A stretch of DNA of 64,000 nucleotides from Candidatus Latescibacterota bacterium (GCA_965198115.1 OZ240241.1:128001-192000); one strand, 5' to 3'; positions 1-11,375 are shown, numbered from the stretch's first letter. The notes: generated by a model from the letters alone, not told the origin. Translations and numbers: made by a program.

Positions 1-79
1 CGGCGACAATCAAGATGCTCGGCAGAGAGCATGAATACCACGGAGCCCGATGAGTTTCAACGGACTATGGGACTTGACC
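1..79 (+). mobile_element. Right end of an IS256-family element (last transposase codons plus terminal IR)
   Basis: Bases ~37-79 (ACCACGGAGCCCGATGAGTTTCAACGGACTATGGGACTTGACC) nearly match the reverse complement of the IS256 right end at 2853-2896. The encoded tail DNQDARQRA* parallels DNEQNAQKRA* of the 2901-3483 transposase. Confidence 0.8.
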
Positions 80-468
80 GGCGGGACACCACCAGCCAGA
101 GAGCGGCGCTGACCGTAAGCGATGTTTTGCTGGTACCCTTTCAACCATCATCGTTTGACCTGTGGTCGCTTGAGCAAACAGAGTTGCTCTACACCGAGAT
201 GCAACCTGCAAACGCCAAGCTCAAGGGCTATACGTTCTTGAATAAAGCCGAACCTCGCGGCCCAGACAACGAAGAGGCTGCTGAGATGCTGCGCGAGGTC
301 CAAACCTTGCAATTTCTCGACAACATCGCCTTGGTCTATCGCAAGGCGTATAGAACAGCAGCCGGCCGCGGCCTCGCTGTCACCGAGGTAAAGCCTCGAG
401 ATGACAAGGCAATCAAAGAGTTTCTGACTCTATACAGACATCTGTTTAATGTCTGTAAGATATCTATT
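80..468 (+). pseudogene. C-terminal fragment of a ParA/MinD-family partition ATPase
   Basis: RDTTSQRAALTVSDVLLVPFQPSSFDLWSL...FLNKA...YRKAYRTAAGRGLAVTE is a typical plasmid-type ParA C-half. The Walker A region is replaced by an IS end. Confidence 0.75.
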
Positions 469-469
469 G

Positions 470-811
470 GTCCAGGAGTCCAGTACCAGGGAGCTGGGCA
501 CATGCCCGCCCCGGTGAGCCTGTCGCTCTTCCGTGTGCCGATAACGAGGCCCGCACACCTGCGTCCGCTCCGACTCAAGCACCTCAATGACGTGCGCCAA
601 CCCGGACACCAGAACCGTGTCGTACAGACTCTCTCGAACGAACTCCCCAAGCGCCTGACTCAGTCCCGACTTGACGTTTCCCTGTTGCCGACTTGCTTTC
701 TTACTGACATTCTTCCCCATGGTGGTGGCTCCTCTTTGATGTGAACTACTTCCCACCCGAATTCGGGCGGAGGAGCCGCCACCCAATTTCAACAATCTAC
801 GAGACTTCGCC
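470..811 (-). mobile_element. Left part of an IS256-family element (IRL 785-811, truncated transposase N-terminus from ATG 720)
   Basis: MGKNVSKK...VLESERTQVCGPRYRH...AHRGG is an IS256 N-terminus. IRL GGCGAAGTCTCGTAGATTGTTGAAATT resembles the IRR GGTCAAGTCCCATAGTCAGTTGAAAACT. The left boundary is approximate. Confidence 0.75.
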
Positions 812-831
812 ACCGCGATAGAGGGACGAGG

Positions 832-2448
832 ATGAAGTTCAAGAGCGCCAAAATCAAGAACTTTAGGCGATTCACGGATCTGACGGTTCTGGGTATCCCC
901 CAAAAGGCGCGATTGATCATGCTTGCTGGCCCGAACGGATGCGGCAAGTCTTGTTTTTTCGATGCACTGCATACTTGGTACAACTGGACGACGGCAAAGA
1001 ATCGATTATGGGAAATGGATTACCACGGCAAGGCTGGTTCACCTCACCGCGACAGCTGGGGCAATGATGTCAAGCTGGAATTCCACGAACCTCTTCCTCA
1101 AGAGAAAAAGAAAATCCTTTACGTGAGATCGGCATACAGAAACGATCCAGAGTTTCCAGATTCAACGCCTCAACCGGGCTGGCGATCCACTCAGCGAGCG
1201 TCATGTCTCACGCATGATTGACAACGATGCAGCGGTGGCCCGGAACTTTCGACGACTAGCCTCCCAGGTGTTTGACGACATCTTCGAGCCCGAGGACGGA
1301 TCAGTGACTTTGGACCAATTCACAGAGCAGCTCATTGGAGATATCAGGACAGCTTTCTCCAAGCTGTTTCCAAATGTGGAACTCAACAGTCTGGGGAATC
1401 CCCTAGAGGACGGGACCTTTCGATTCACAAAGGGAACGAGCAGAGGTTTCCAGTTCAAAAATCTCTCGGGAGGAGAAAAGGCTGCGTTCGATCTGATTCT
1501 CGATCTTGTCGTCTCCAAGCGCGCTTACGACAACACCATCTTTTGCATCGACGAGCCCGAGTCGCACATGCACGCACGCCTTCAGGCCGATCTCCTGTCC
1601 GTGCTCTACGACCTAATCCCAGCGAACTGCCAGTTACTGCTGGCGACGCACTCCATAGGAATGATGCGACGGGCGCGGGACATCGAAGCGAAGAACCTGG
1701 AAGCGTTGTGTTCCTAGATTTCGGGAACTACGATTTCGACCAGCCCCAAACCATCGAGCCAGTGAAAAACCCGAACCGGGCCTTCTGGGAAAGGGCCTAC
1801 AAGGTCGCGCTCGGCGATCTAGCCGCATTGGTTGCACCGAGTCAGGTCGTCATATGCGAAGGTGAGCCGCTGGCGAGTCGGCCCGTTGGGAACCACTCCC
1901 ATGACGCTAAATGCTACGAGCGCATATTCGAGGATGAGTTCCCGCAGACTAAGTTTGTGTCAATGGGAAGCGATCGACAAATCATTGGCGACAAACGGGG
2001 ATTGGCGGAGGCGCTTCGCGTGTTGATCGGCGGTCTGAAGGTCGTGCGGCTCATCGACCGCGACAACCGAACCGATGGAAAAATCTCAGAATTGAGAAAA
2101 GAAGGAGTCCGAGTTCTGTCGCGGCGCAACCTGGAATCTTATTTGTTCGACGGTGAGGTTATCCAAGCGCTCGCCACGTCGGTCGGGAAGGCAGACAAGA
2201 CCGAAGAACTCCTCGCGGAAAAGAATCGTATCCACGCCGCCAAGAGCAGCATCGGATCTTCCCAAGACAATCTAAAACCTGGAAGCCACGATATTTATAT
2301 TGCCTGCAAGAAAATCCTGGGCCTCAACCAATACGGTAACGATGCGAAGGAGTTCGCGCGCGAGACACTGGCCCCACTCATCAAACCCGGAATGGCCGTT
2401 TACGAGGAACTGAAAAGTGACGTCTTCGGCGCGACAACGCCACTCTGA
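832..2448 (+). CDS. ABC-type ATPase fused to a TOPRIM-like nuclease (OLD/PARIS/Gabija-like architecture), two frameshifts
   Basis: Walker A GPNGCGKS, signature LSGGEK, Walker B CIDEPESHMH, H-loop LATHS, then TOPRIM motifs VICEGE and LIDRD. The three ORFs (832-1221, 1214-1717, 1543-2448) join via a +1 C near 1156 and a -1 C near 1697. Confidence 0.8.
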
Positions 2449-2852
2449 GCGGTGTGCCGAGTGCAAGATCCGGGTCGTGAGAAAAGACGTGATTGAGGAG
2501 AATCCTGAGATCCCGAGCATCGTCGATATCATAATAACCGAACCCGCCTCGGTCTCCTCTGCTGCTGCAGGTGTGGAGGCACAGGCGCTTCGGGAAAAGG
2601 TACTTCGTCTTGAAGTCCGTCTCTGAGACAGGGTATACTTGATTAGTATATCCCATAGGAGTGAGTGAATCTTCCTTCGGCTGATCAAACCGGAAGTCAG
2701 AATGGAGTCTATGGTTTACATTCTCCACCAGTTCTACCACTGATTCTGTATCGTTGAAGTCTGTAGCTTGAGTAAGGGCATTCAAAGCCGCCTGCCCTTC
2801 TGCTACGCCGCAAAAGCCCTTTCGAGCACGAACGTCATCGAAAACCTGATCG

Positions 2853-3483
2853 GGTCAAGTCCCATAGTCAGTTGAAAACTCATCGGGCCCCGTAGTTTGG
2901 TCAGGCTCTCTTTTGAGCATTCTGTTCGTTGTCGAGATTCAGATCTTTGTTCAGTGCTTGCCTGAGTAGGGGAAGATGTTTGTATCCGCTCACGCGTCGC
3001 AGGCGAGGTTCGATGTCGAGGAGTGCGGCAGCCACCCATCTGTGTCTCTGGGGAGAGTTGTTCCAGCGTCTGACCTTCCGAGTGAGCTCGCCGGTCCTGC
3101 TGTTGAGGGCTTCGATGCAGTTGGTGGTTCGGAAGCTTCGTTTCAGGAATGGGAGCATACCCAGCCGGTGGAGGGTCAGGGTTTCCTCCAGGCCTTCCTC
3201 GAGGCTCGTTGCGGCAGACTGATTCATCAGCTTCAGTTCGGGTTTAAGTGATTCGAGTGCGGCCTTTGCCTCCTCGTAGGTGTCGCAGTCATAGGCTTTC
3301 TGAAGCTTCCGTCGAACTCTTGGACGTTCCCTCTCCGGGAGATAGCTGACGACATTCTCGCGCTTGTGCCACTGACAGCGATGAACGCGCACATACCCTT
3401 TGAGGGCTTTGGTGACAGCACTGCGGAGTCCCTTTGAGCCGTCAAGCACAACGAGAAGGCCCTGGTCGTAGCACAGGCCTCTC
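2853..3483 (-). mobile_element. IS256-family element, transposase C-terminal part plus IRR
   Basis: VVLDGSKGL, HRCQWHK (CxxH) and RTTNCIE motifs. The IRR starts at 2853 and the element is interrupted at 3484 by an IS3 end. Confidence 0.88.
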
Positions 3484-3987
3484 TGACCTGCCCCCATCTA
3501 TGTATCCACATCCAGAGTTAGGATGCGGCCGCGATGGGCGGATTGATGACCACCGGTGCGGGAGGTCGATAGCCTAATGCGCTGTGGGGTCGGACGTGAT
3601 TGTAGTGCCGTCTCCACCAGGTGGTCAACACTCTCGCTTCGTGCACGGTCGTGAAGATCTCGCCATTGAGCAGTTCGTCCCTTAGCTTTCCGTTGAAGCT
3701 TTCGATGTATCCGTTCTCCCAGGGGCTGCCCCGCTCGATGAAGAGTGTCTGGACGCCCAACCTGGAGAGCCAGGATCGGACAGCCTTGGCCACGAACTCC
3801 GGGCCGTTGTCCGACCGGATATGTTTGGGGACGCCATGCTTTAGCATCAGCTGCGCCAGTGTCCGCAGTACATCCCGTGATGTTTGCTTACGAGCGACCT
3901 CGATCGCCAGACACTCGCGGCTGTATTCATCCACAACCGTCAGGCACTTCAATGGTCTGCCTTCACGCGTCCTGTCGAACACGAAGT
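3484..3987 (-). mobile_element. IS3-family (IS407-like) element remnant, integrase core C-terminus
   Basis: VVDEYSRECL, RSDNGPEF, PWENGYIESFNGKLRDE and YNHVRPHSALGY motifs. Right end ...GGGGGCAGGTCA at 3484. Confidence 0.9.
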
Positions 3988-4054
3988 TGTCAATGATCGC
4001 CCTAATGGAGCCACTTAGAAGTGGCGATTTCAGGGTCTCGGACGGGGTGTGTAT

Positions 4055-4834
4055 TTAGGGTTTTTGGTCTTCCTTTCCAAGCGTCTTTTTGGGTGTTTTG
4101 GGTAGCGGTTTTGGCGTGCGGTAGCTTTCTCCGTCGAGTATGACGCGGTAGGCGGCGTGCCGGAGTCGATCGAGGGTAGCCGCGCCGAGCAGCCGATTTG
4201 GAAAAGCGTCTCCCCATTCGGTGAAGTCGAGGTTGCTGGTCACGATGGTTGCTGTCCGCTCGTAGCGTTCTGAGACGAGGTCGTGGAAGTCCTCGTCGTG
4301 CGGAGGCGCCATCGGTTTGAGTCCGAAATCATCGATGATGAGCAAGGGTGCTTTGGCGAAGGTTTGGAAGCGGCGCTCGAAGGTGGCCGTTGCTCTTGAA
4401 GCGTGGAGCTGTCCCAGGAGTTTGGTTTGGGTGGTGAAGAGGACGTCGTAGCCGTTTCGGACGGCGATGTGTCCGAGTGCCTGTGCGATATGGCTCTTTC
4501 CGGTGCCACAGGGCCCGGCGATGAGGATGGCGACCTTCTCCTCGATGTAGCGGCAGGTGGCCAGGTCCTGGATCTGGTCTTGGTTGATGCCGAGGTTGAA
4601 GTCGAAGTCGAAGCCCTCGATCGTCTTTTCACCGCGGAAGCCGGCACGCCGCAGCCGCATCGCGAACTTCTTGTTCTCGCGTCGTGCGACCTCATCCTAG
4701 ATGAGGAGCGCCAGGAACTCTGAGTAGGCGAGTTTTTTCTTGATGGCCTCCTGGTTTCTGTTGGGGAGGCTTTCGAGGATGCCGGAGAGGCGGAGGCGCT
4801 TGAGCATGGGTGCAAGTTCGGGCATGGGGTTCAT
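4055..4834 (-). pseudogene. istB: IstB helper ATPase with in-frame TAG at 4697-4699
   Basis: LKRLRLSGI...LLI*DEVARRE, GPCGTGKSH, LLIIDDFG, TSNLDFTEW, LDRLRH. Confidence 0.88.
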
Positions 4835-4854
4835 TTTGTGTCTCCTGGTTGTGT

Positions 4855-5683
4855 TCAGTTGCAGAGGCTGGGAACATCCCGACAGTAGCGGCCCTTGCCG
4901 GTATATGCGTCAGTGAGCGGTGTGGTGGTCACCTCATCGTCCTTTTTCTGGTCCAACCCGTTGTCGAGGATGGTCTTGATGGTTCGGTAGCGTGGGTTGT
5001 CGTAGGCCAGGGCACGTTCGCAGGCGGCTTCGAGGCGGTTTGCCCCGAAGGTCTTCTTCAGGCCGACCACGCCCTGTGCTGCACGCAGGTTGTCCAGGAC
5101 CTTGTCTGAGAAGAGTCGTTCGATGAGGGTGCGGCAGGCCGGGCCGATGATACGGGATTGTTTGAGGCACCATTGGGGGTCGCGCATCAGGTAGGCCCTG
5201 GCCTCCGGTGGCAGATGGTCCGTTACGGTGGAGCGGGCGCCGGGTCGAATGCCGCGAGAGTGAACGGCCACGACCTGCTGCTCCCGGAACACACGGACGG
5301 TGGTCTCCGTGACGCGCAGCCATAGAGATTTACCCACCAGCGTGTAGGGCACGGAGTAGCGGCATTTTTTCGAACTGCACGTGGCAGTCGCCGTGGACTT
5401 TGGCTTGCGCCCACGTCGCGAGCTCAGGTGGGATGTCCGGCAAAGTCCTGAGGAGGTGACGTTCGGTCTCCACAAAACGTGTGAGCGGCTTTTCTCGAGT
5501 TGTGCCGTGGAGACGATTGCCTGCCGGGCCGAGGACCCATTCCTTGAGCTGCCGGTTCGCGTCGGAGAGGCAGCGGAAGTCCCGCAATGGGAGAAAGTTG
5601 CGTCTCACATACTTCACGCCGGCTTCCACGCGTCCTTTCTTCTTCGGGTCGCGGACCGGACAGGGGGCGATCACGAAGCCATA
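4855..5683 (-). pseudogene. istA: IstA transposase, C-terminal half, frameshifted in a T run near 5365-5370
   Basis: PCPVRDPKKKGRVEAGVKYV, RLHGTTREKP, YSVPYTLVG. Confidence 0.85.
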
Positions 5684-5740
5684 GCCTAAATATGAGACCG
5701 TCACTACGCGTGTTCCATAAACCCGACCCATGGAGCCCAT

Positions 5741-6625
5741 ATGGCAGCAAAACGATATGCGATGGACGAATACCTCGATCACTTCAAGGAAAACGGCTAC
5801 GTCGTGGTGCACGGGGCGCTGTCGCCAGAGGAGGTAGCCCGGGTCAATGACGGTATCGATGCCTACAGGGCGGCGCATCCGGAAGAATGGGTGATGGAGC
5901 CGCGGCCGGGCCACGATGCGGTGGGAAGGGATGCGCCGGGGGTGATGGAACGGACGGATGCACTGGATGGGGTGATCCATCATCCGTCGGTGATTCCGCT
6001 TGTGAAGGCGATCCTGGGGGAGGGGTGTCTGTGTTCGGGGCTTTCGTTCCTGCGACGCGAGCCGTGTCTGGTGGATCCGCCGGAGGATATCGACGGGGGC
6101 GATCCTCTGGCGCTGTCGCGTAGGTGGCATCGTGAGGACAGCGGGAACGTCGAGGGGGCGGACTGGAACGACTACTTCGCGCCCGCGATCCAGGCCATCT
6201 ACTACCTGGATGACGTTGACGAGACGACGCACTGTACGAGCGTGATCCCGGAGAGTGCGGCCACAAAGCGATCGCTGCCGAAGACAACGGAGGGAGACCT
6301 GCGGATCGACGATCACGAAACGTCCTACGTCGATCCAGATAAGCCACGGTGGATGGACTCGTTCGGACGGGAGAATCTACGACGCATCGGGGGTGTCGAC
6401 GTCCACGCCGGAGCGGGTTCGGCCGTCGTGTTCAACAACGCCAGCTTCCACTGCGGCACGATTCGGAAGACCGATCGCATCCGCCGCACGGTGCACGTCC
6501 GTTATCGTCAGCCGGAACCGGTCAGCTCGAACCACGCGATGTCAACCTATTCCCGACAGGTGGGGCATACCGTCGCGGATTTCCAGGCTGCTCTCCCCAA
6601 GCGGGCGAGCATCGGGACGATTTGA
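5741..6625 (+). CDS. Phytanoyl-CoA dioxygenase (PhyH) family 2OG-Fe(II) oxygenase
   Basis: HFKENGYVVVHGALS start, WHRED (HxD), YYLDDV, GSAVVFN...FHCG. GGAG RBS upstream. Confidence 0.88.
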   Translation: MAAKRYAMDEYLDHFKENGYVVVHGALSPEEVARVNDGIDAYRAAHPEEWVMEPRPGHDAVGRDAPGVMERTDALDGVIHHPSVIPLVKAILGEGCLCSGLSFLRREPCLVDPPEDIDGGDPLALSRRWHREDSGNVEGADWNDYFAPAIQAIYYLDDVDETTHCTSVIPESAATKRSLPKTTEGDLRIDDHETSYVDPDKPRWMDSFGRENLRRIGGVDVHAGAGSAVVFNNASFHCGTIRKTDRIRRTVHVRYRQPEPVSSNHAMSTYSRQVGHTVADFQAALPKRASIGTI

Positions 6626-6781
6626 GAATGCGAAAACCGAGATCTGAGATTGCGGCTCATCGAGTGCCGGCTGCCGCGGCCTCATTGTAGAACAGCTTGT
6701 GGAGAATCCTGTAGATGATGATTCCAGACTTCCCGCAACGTTTACTCTGGTAGCTCGTAATGACCGACTGGGAGGAGAAAA

Positions 6782-6931
6782 ATGGGAGCAGACCCTAACA
6801 AGATCCGTCTAACTGGCGAGAACTTGTTTTTGCGTATCGGAGCGTCCGAGGATGCGGATCCGACGGCCGAGAACAGCCACTGGCGGATCGTTGCAACTCT
6901 CGGAAACGTGGACAATCCCACCCGATCATGA
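6782..6931 (+). pseudogene. Short ORF or gene remnant (MGADPNKIRLTGENLFLRIG...SHWRIV)
   Basis: Good GGAGGAG RBS before ATG 6782 but only 49 aa, in a degraded intergenic stretch. Confidence 0.35.
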
Positions 6932-7591
6932 GTGGGCAGAGGATGCCCTATGATGTGGCGGATGGTAACGGTGTCCTGCGGATAGCAAGCAGGACGGCTG
7001 GCTCTACGGGTCGGTAGCCGGAATCTCCCGTACACATCGGAAACCCCACACATCACTTGACTTGTGGTATCGGGGGCGGGTCTTCCTCGATCAGCCGCCC
7101 TCAAAATTGAAGTCCAAGGACCTTGACTGGGACCCCCACCCAATCTCTACTACTGCTTGCCGTAGCCCGTATCTACGGGATACATCATGGGCAATTCGTC
7201 GTTCTTCCCCTCCCCGATGTTGTCCCATTTCAGCGCACTCGTCCGGCCCCGATTGCGGCGACGAGTTGCCCGAGGAGTTGCAGCACTTTGCCCCTGAACC
7301 GGCGAAACGTCACGAACTCAGCGACGCTAGGGACTTCGGCCTTGAGGACGGCACCGAGGTCCGACGGGCTTGTGCCATAGAGATCGTTCGACGCGTTGTG
7401 GCCTGCCTTGAAGTCCGAATACAAGTGGTAGATCCGGTCCTTCGCCGCGTGATCACTCTCGGCAGCCTTTCTCTCTGTCGATGGGTTTGAACATCTAACT
7501 GGTACCAAGACTCCAAGACGCCAAGAAAAGCGAATCTACACGAAGTCGCGAAGGAACCTTGCTGACGACGGACGTTTGTCAACTGACAACT

Positions 7592-8566
7592 CTACGTCGG
7601 CAAGACGCCTATGTCTTCGCCGTTTCTGAAGGCGATGGCGTCGTCGATCATTCTGATGATGTCGTACTGTGGCTCGAAGCCGATCAGGTTTCGAGCCTTT
7701 GACAAGTCGAACTGATAAAACGTCGGGATGCCCTGCGACACGGCGTCGATGTAGGGGACGTCGAGTTTCTCTGACAGATAGGGAACGGCCGTGTCCCACG
7801 TGAACGGGCCGTGGCCGCCGAGTTGAATCGTTTGACCGAAGGCCGGTTCCTTGCCGAGTGCGTCGACGCACCCCTGCACGATGTCGCGTACATCTGCGAT
7901 GTGTTTCTTGTAGGGTCGATTGCGGGTGTCGCGAAGGACGACGAGTTTGTCTTCACCATCCCACAGGTCGGCGAATTCGGGCCGTGATTTAACCGTGCGT
8001 AAATAGAACTGTCGGAAGTCGAGGATTTCGCCCGCGCCGACGACGAGACAGAATCGGACGATCGTGACGGGCAGGTGGAAGGTTCTCACGTAGCCGTGAC
8101 AGAGCTCTTCGCCGAGCGATTTCGAGAGCGCATACCACCCCGATGGCTTCCTCGGCAAGTCGTCCTCACAGATGGGCTCTTTCATCCCTCCCCGGGGATA
8201 CTTGGCATAGATCGCATCCGTGCTGGCGAAGATCAGATGCTCGAGTTGCTCGTTCCTTCGCGCTGCCTCGAGGACGTGAAAGGTGCCCTTGACGTTGATG
8301 TCGAGGTATTCGGATTCAGTGAAGGGTCCACCGCCCTGGAAAGCTGCACCGAGGTGGTAAATGGCATCGACGCCATCGACGGCTCGCTCGACATCCTCAG
8401 TCTCGGTGAGTGTTCCCTCGATGAGGTCTACAGCGAGTGGTTCCAGTTTTTCTGTGCGGGGATCCTTTGGCCAAACCAGACCTCTGACTGTGTGATCCGC
8501 CTCGACCAGCCGTGCGGCGAGGTTGGAACCGATTCTGCCCGTGATCCCCGTGATCAGTATGTGCAT
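7592..8566 (-). CDS. NAD-dependent epimerase/dehydratase (extended SDR)
   Basis: ILITGITGRIG, YHLGA, FASTD, YALSK (YxxxK). Start moved to ATG 8566. Confidence 0.9.
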   Translation of the reverse strand: MHILITGITGRIGSNLAARLVEADHTVRGLVWPKDPRTEKLEPLAVDLIEGTLTETEDVERAVDGVDAIYHLGAAFQGGGPFTESEYLDINVKGTFHVLEAARRNEQLEHLIFASTDAIYAKYPRGGMKEPICEDDLPRKPSGWYALSKSLGEELCHGYVRTFHLPVTIVRFCLVVGAGEILDFRQFYLRTVKSRPEFADLWDGEDKLVVLRDTRNRPYKKHIADVRDIVQGCVDALGKEPAFGQTIQLGGHGPFTWDTAVPYLSEKLDVPYIDAVSQGIPTFYQFDLSKARNLIGFEPQYDIIRMIDDAIAFRNGEDIGVLPT

Positions 8567-8897
8567 CGTGCCCCCTTGATTTTGGGATCGGAGGGTACCT
8601 GTGTGGTCGGGTGGACGCAACCGGAAGTTGTCAGTTGCCACTCCTCGGGCGTCGAAAAGAACCGGGGATCGCTTCACAAGTAACTGGGACGTAATACGTT
8701 ACGAAAAAGTGGACGACGCGTTGTGGGCCCTCGTCCGCCTGCGCGAGGTGTCTCCGCAGTCCACTGGTCGGTTCTTCCTATTTGTTCGTTAGAAGCTGTC
8801 GTCAGTGCATTGAGTTGCGGAAATGCCTTGCTGGGGGATGAGCGATTCCTTATCAAACGGCCGGATTGTCCACACGAGAGAGAAGGAGATTTCCAGG

Positions 8898-9920
8898 ATG
8901 GCTTTGACGCGTGACGCGCTTCGGAAACGGATCGATGCAGTGCCTCGTGTCCGATTGGGTCACTTTCCGACACCGCTGGAGTATCTACCAAGGCTGACGG
9001 AAGCGATCGGCGGGCCCAGGATCTTGATCAAACGCGACGATTGTACCGGTCTGGCGTTCGGCGGAAACAAGACGCGACAGATCGAGTTCACGATCGCTCA
9101 AGGCACGAGTCGAGGCGCGGATGTTGTCATCGGGGGAGCTGGCTCGCAGTCCAACCACTGCCGGCAACTGTCTGCAGCGGCAGCCAAACTGGGTCTCAAG
9201 GCGGCGATCGCCGTGGTGAAGGACCACAAGAGCGGGGGTGGTGGAAACCTGCTGCTCGACGATCTTCTAGGTGCCGAGGTAGAGGTGGTGGAGGTCGAAA
9301 CCCAGGAGTATCTGGACGAAGCGAAGCAGAAGCTCCGCGAACGTTTCGAAGCGGAGGGACGCAAGCCCTTCATCGTGATGCAGGCCGTCAATCGACCATT
9401 CGGTGCGATGGGCTACGCACTGGCTGTTGCGGAGATGGCCGATCAGGCCGATGCGATGGGGGAGCGCATCGACGCGATCGTGACGTGTTCTGGCAGCTGC
9501 ACACAGCCGGGAATCATCTTTGGAAATGCCGCCATCGGATTAGGCTCGCGTATCTATGGCATCGCGCCGATCGAGTGGACGTATGACGTGAAGGAAGCTT
9601 TCCACGGCGTCCTGTCGCGAATGACCGAGATCCTGGATGTCGATTTCTCGTTCGAGGATGGTGACATCTGGAACAGTGCGGATTACATAGGACCCAAGGG
9701 CTACGCCTTCTGCTCCGAGGAGGGCAACGCAGCGCTTCGGCTGATGGCAGAGACGGAAGGGATCATTCTCGATCCGATTTACACCGGGAAGGCGCTGGCG
9801 GGGCTGATCGACCTGGCCAGCAAAGGCGAGCTGGCCGAGGACGAAACGGTCGTGCTGGTTCACACGGGTGGCACACCCGCGCTGTTCGCGTATGGCGATG
9901 AGTTGATGCGCAAGGGGTGA
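8898..9920 (+). CDS. D-cysteine desulfhydrase / ACC deaminase family PLP enzyme
   Basis: FPTPLE, KRDDCTGLAFGGNKTR (PLP lysine), QSNHCR, LDPIYTGKA, HTGG. AAGGAG RBS. Confidence 0.9.
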   Translation: MALTRDALRKRIDAVPRVRLGHFPTPLEYLPRLTEAIGGPRILIKRDDCTGLAFGGNKTRQIEFTIAQGTSRGADVVIGGAGSQSNHCRQLSAAAAKLGLKAAIAVVKDHKSGGGGNLLLDDLLGAEVEVVEVETQEYLDEAKQKLRERFEAEGRKPFIVMQAVNRPFGAMGYALAVAEMADQADAMGERIDAIVTCSGSCTQPGIIFGNAAIGLGSRIYGIAPIEWTYDVKEAFHGVLSRMTEILDVDFSFEDGDIWNSADYIGPKGYAFCSEEGNAALRLMAETEGIILDPIYTGKALAGLIDLASKGELAEDETVVLVHTGGTPALFAYGDELMRKG

Positions 9921-10021
9921 GCGCAGTTGATGCTGCGCGATGCCTTCGAGAATTACGAGACACGCGTGTTGCCCGTCTGAAGGGACGCGTCCCATCTGTT
10001 CAGAGAGGTGGAGCACTTTCG

Positions 10022-11371
10022 ATGATTTCGCAACTGCTGGCTGAGAGAGAACGGAACGGCCACCCGATTCGCGTCGGCATCGTCGGGGCGGGAAAATTCG
10101 GGACGGGGGTCGTCGCACAGGTTTCGCGAATGAAGGGGATGACTGTCGCCGCGATCGCGGACATCAAGCTGAACGGCGCCAAACAGGCTTTCGAGGCAGG
10201 TGGGATCTCGGCCGACGCCACCTACGTGGTGGAGAAGGAAAACGGGCTGGAAGATGCGATACAGTCGGGCAAATACGCGATTATGGAGGATGCCGGGTTG
10301 CTCGCGCGGTCCGATTCGATTGACGTGATCGTCGAGTCCACGGGACTTCCCGAGGTCGGCGCTCGAACGGCCCACACGGCCATTCTGCACAACAAGCACG
10401 TCGTGATGGTGAACGTCGAAGCGGATGTGACTGTCGGTCCTTATCTGAAGAAAATGGCGGACGCTGCGGGCGTCGTTTACTCGCTCGTGGATGGTGATCA
10501 ACCGGGATGCACGATGAATTTGGTCGAGTGGGCGGAATCGCTGGGCTTCGAAATCGTCGCTGCCGGACGGGGAACGATTATGCTCGATGACGACCGTGAA
10601 GGCGTTCCTGACACGGTGCCGCAACGTTACAACTTCTCCGACGAGGTGATCGCCCGCCGACGAATCAACTTCAAGATGTATAACTCCTTCCGCGACGGGA
10701 CAAAGGCGCAGACGGAGATGACGGCGCTCTCGAATATGACGGGGTTGCCGCCCGACGTGCGTGGGATGCACGAGCCCGCCGTGGCAATCGCCGACATTGC
10801 TCGGGTGATGAGTCACGAGGGCGAAGGGGGAATCCTGTCACGTAGTGGGGTCGTCGAACTGGCGAACAGCGTGACCGTCGAAGGCCAACGCATCCCTCAA
10901 TCACTGGGGATGGGCGTGTTCGTCGTGATTCGGACAGACCATCCGTTCATTCAGGAAGACCTTTCGGGGTACATCGGCATCACGGGAGGCGACGGGAAGA
11001 ATTTCCTGTTGCACCGACCGTATCACCTCGTGGCCATCGAAGCGCCGATCACGATCGCCAACGCCGCGCTCTACGGAATGCCGACGGGCGCGCCGATCGG
11101 TCACATCTCGGACCTGATCACGGTGGCCAAGCGGAATCTGCAGTCGGGAGAGGTGCTCGACGGCGGTGGGGGCTACACGGTCAACGGGTTGATCGAGCGT
11201 GCGGATGTCGCCCGTGAGGAAGGTCTGCTTCCGTTGGGGCTGTCTCCTGGCGCAAAGCTGAACCGCGCGATCGAGACGGGTGAAGCGATCGGCTACGCGG
11301 ATGTCGACGTCCCGGCGGATTCGTTCGTCTACAAGATTCGCCAAATCCAGGATGAATCCGTAGAGGGGTGA
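10022..11371 (+). CDS. NAD(P)-dependent oxidoreductase, homoserine-dehydrogenase-like, with C-terminal SAF domain
   Basis: VGIVGAGKFG, VNVEADVTVG, DGDQPG, DGTK, AKRNLQSGEVLDGGGGYTV...LPLGL. Confidence 0.85.
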   Translation: MISQLLAERERNGHPIRVGIVGAGKFGTGVVAQVSRMKGMTVAAIADIKLNGAKQAFEAGGISADATYVVEKENGLEDAIQSGKYAIMEDAGLLARSDSIDVIVESTGLPEVGARTAHTAILHNKHVVMVNVEADVTVGPYLKKMADAAGVVYSLVDGDQPGCTMNLVEWAESLGFEIVAAGRGTIMLDDDREGVPDTVPQRYNFSDEVIARRRINFKMYNSFRDGTKAQTEMTALSNMTGLPPDVRGMHEPAVAIADIARVMSHEGEGGILSRSGVVELANSVTVEGQRIPQSLGMGVFVVIRTDHPFIQEDLSGYIGITGGDGKNFLLHRPYHLVAIEAPITIANAALYGMPTGAPIGHISDLITVAKRNLQSGEVLDGGGGYTVNGLIERADVAREEGLLPLGLSPGAKLNRAIETGEAIGYADVDVPADSFVYKIRQIQDESVEG

Positions 11372-11375
11372 TTTT

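Larger units (their letters stand above)
3988..5683 (-). mobile_element. IS21-family element remnant (istA C-half plus istB)
   Basis: Terminal TGTCAATG at 3988, followed by istB and partial istA. Confidence 0.88.

Noticed and set aside
2381-2785. 134-aa minus-strand ORF as a HEPN-like partner toxin of the ATPase-TOPRIM gene
   Set aside because: It has no clean RxxxxH motif, is convergent with and overlaps the nuclease gene, and is cut upstream by IS scraps. It looks like a gene remnant.
6626-7591. Possible ncRNA or group II intron remnant in the long gene-poor stretch
   Set aside because: No domain V/VI or other recognisable RNA motif. The content looks like short gene fragments (7230-7508 resembles an ABC-permease piece).
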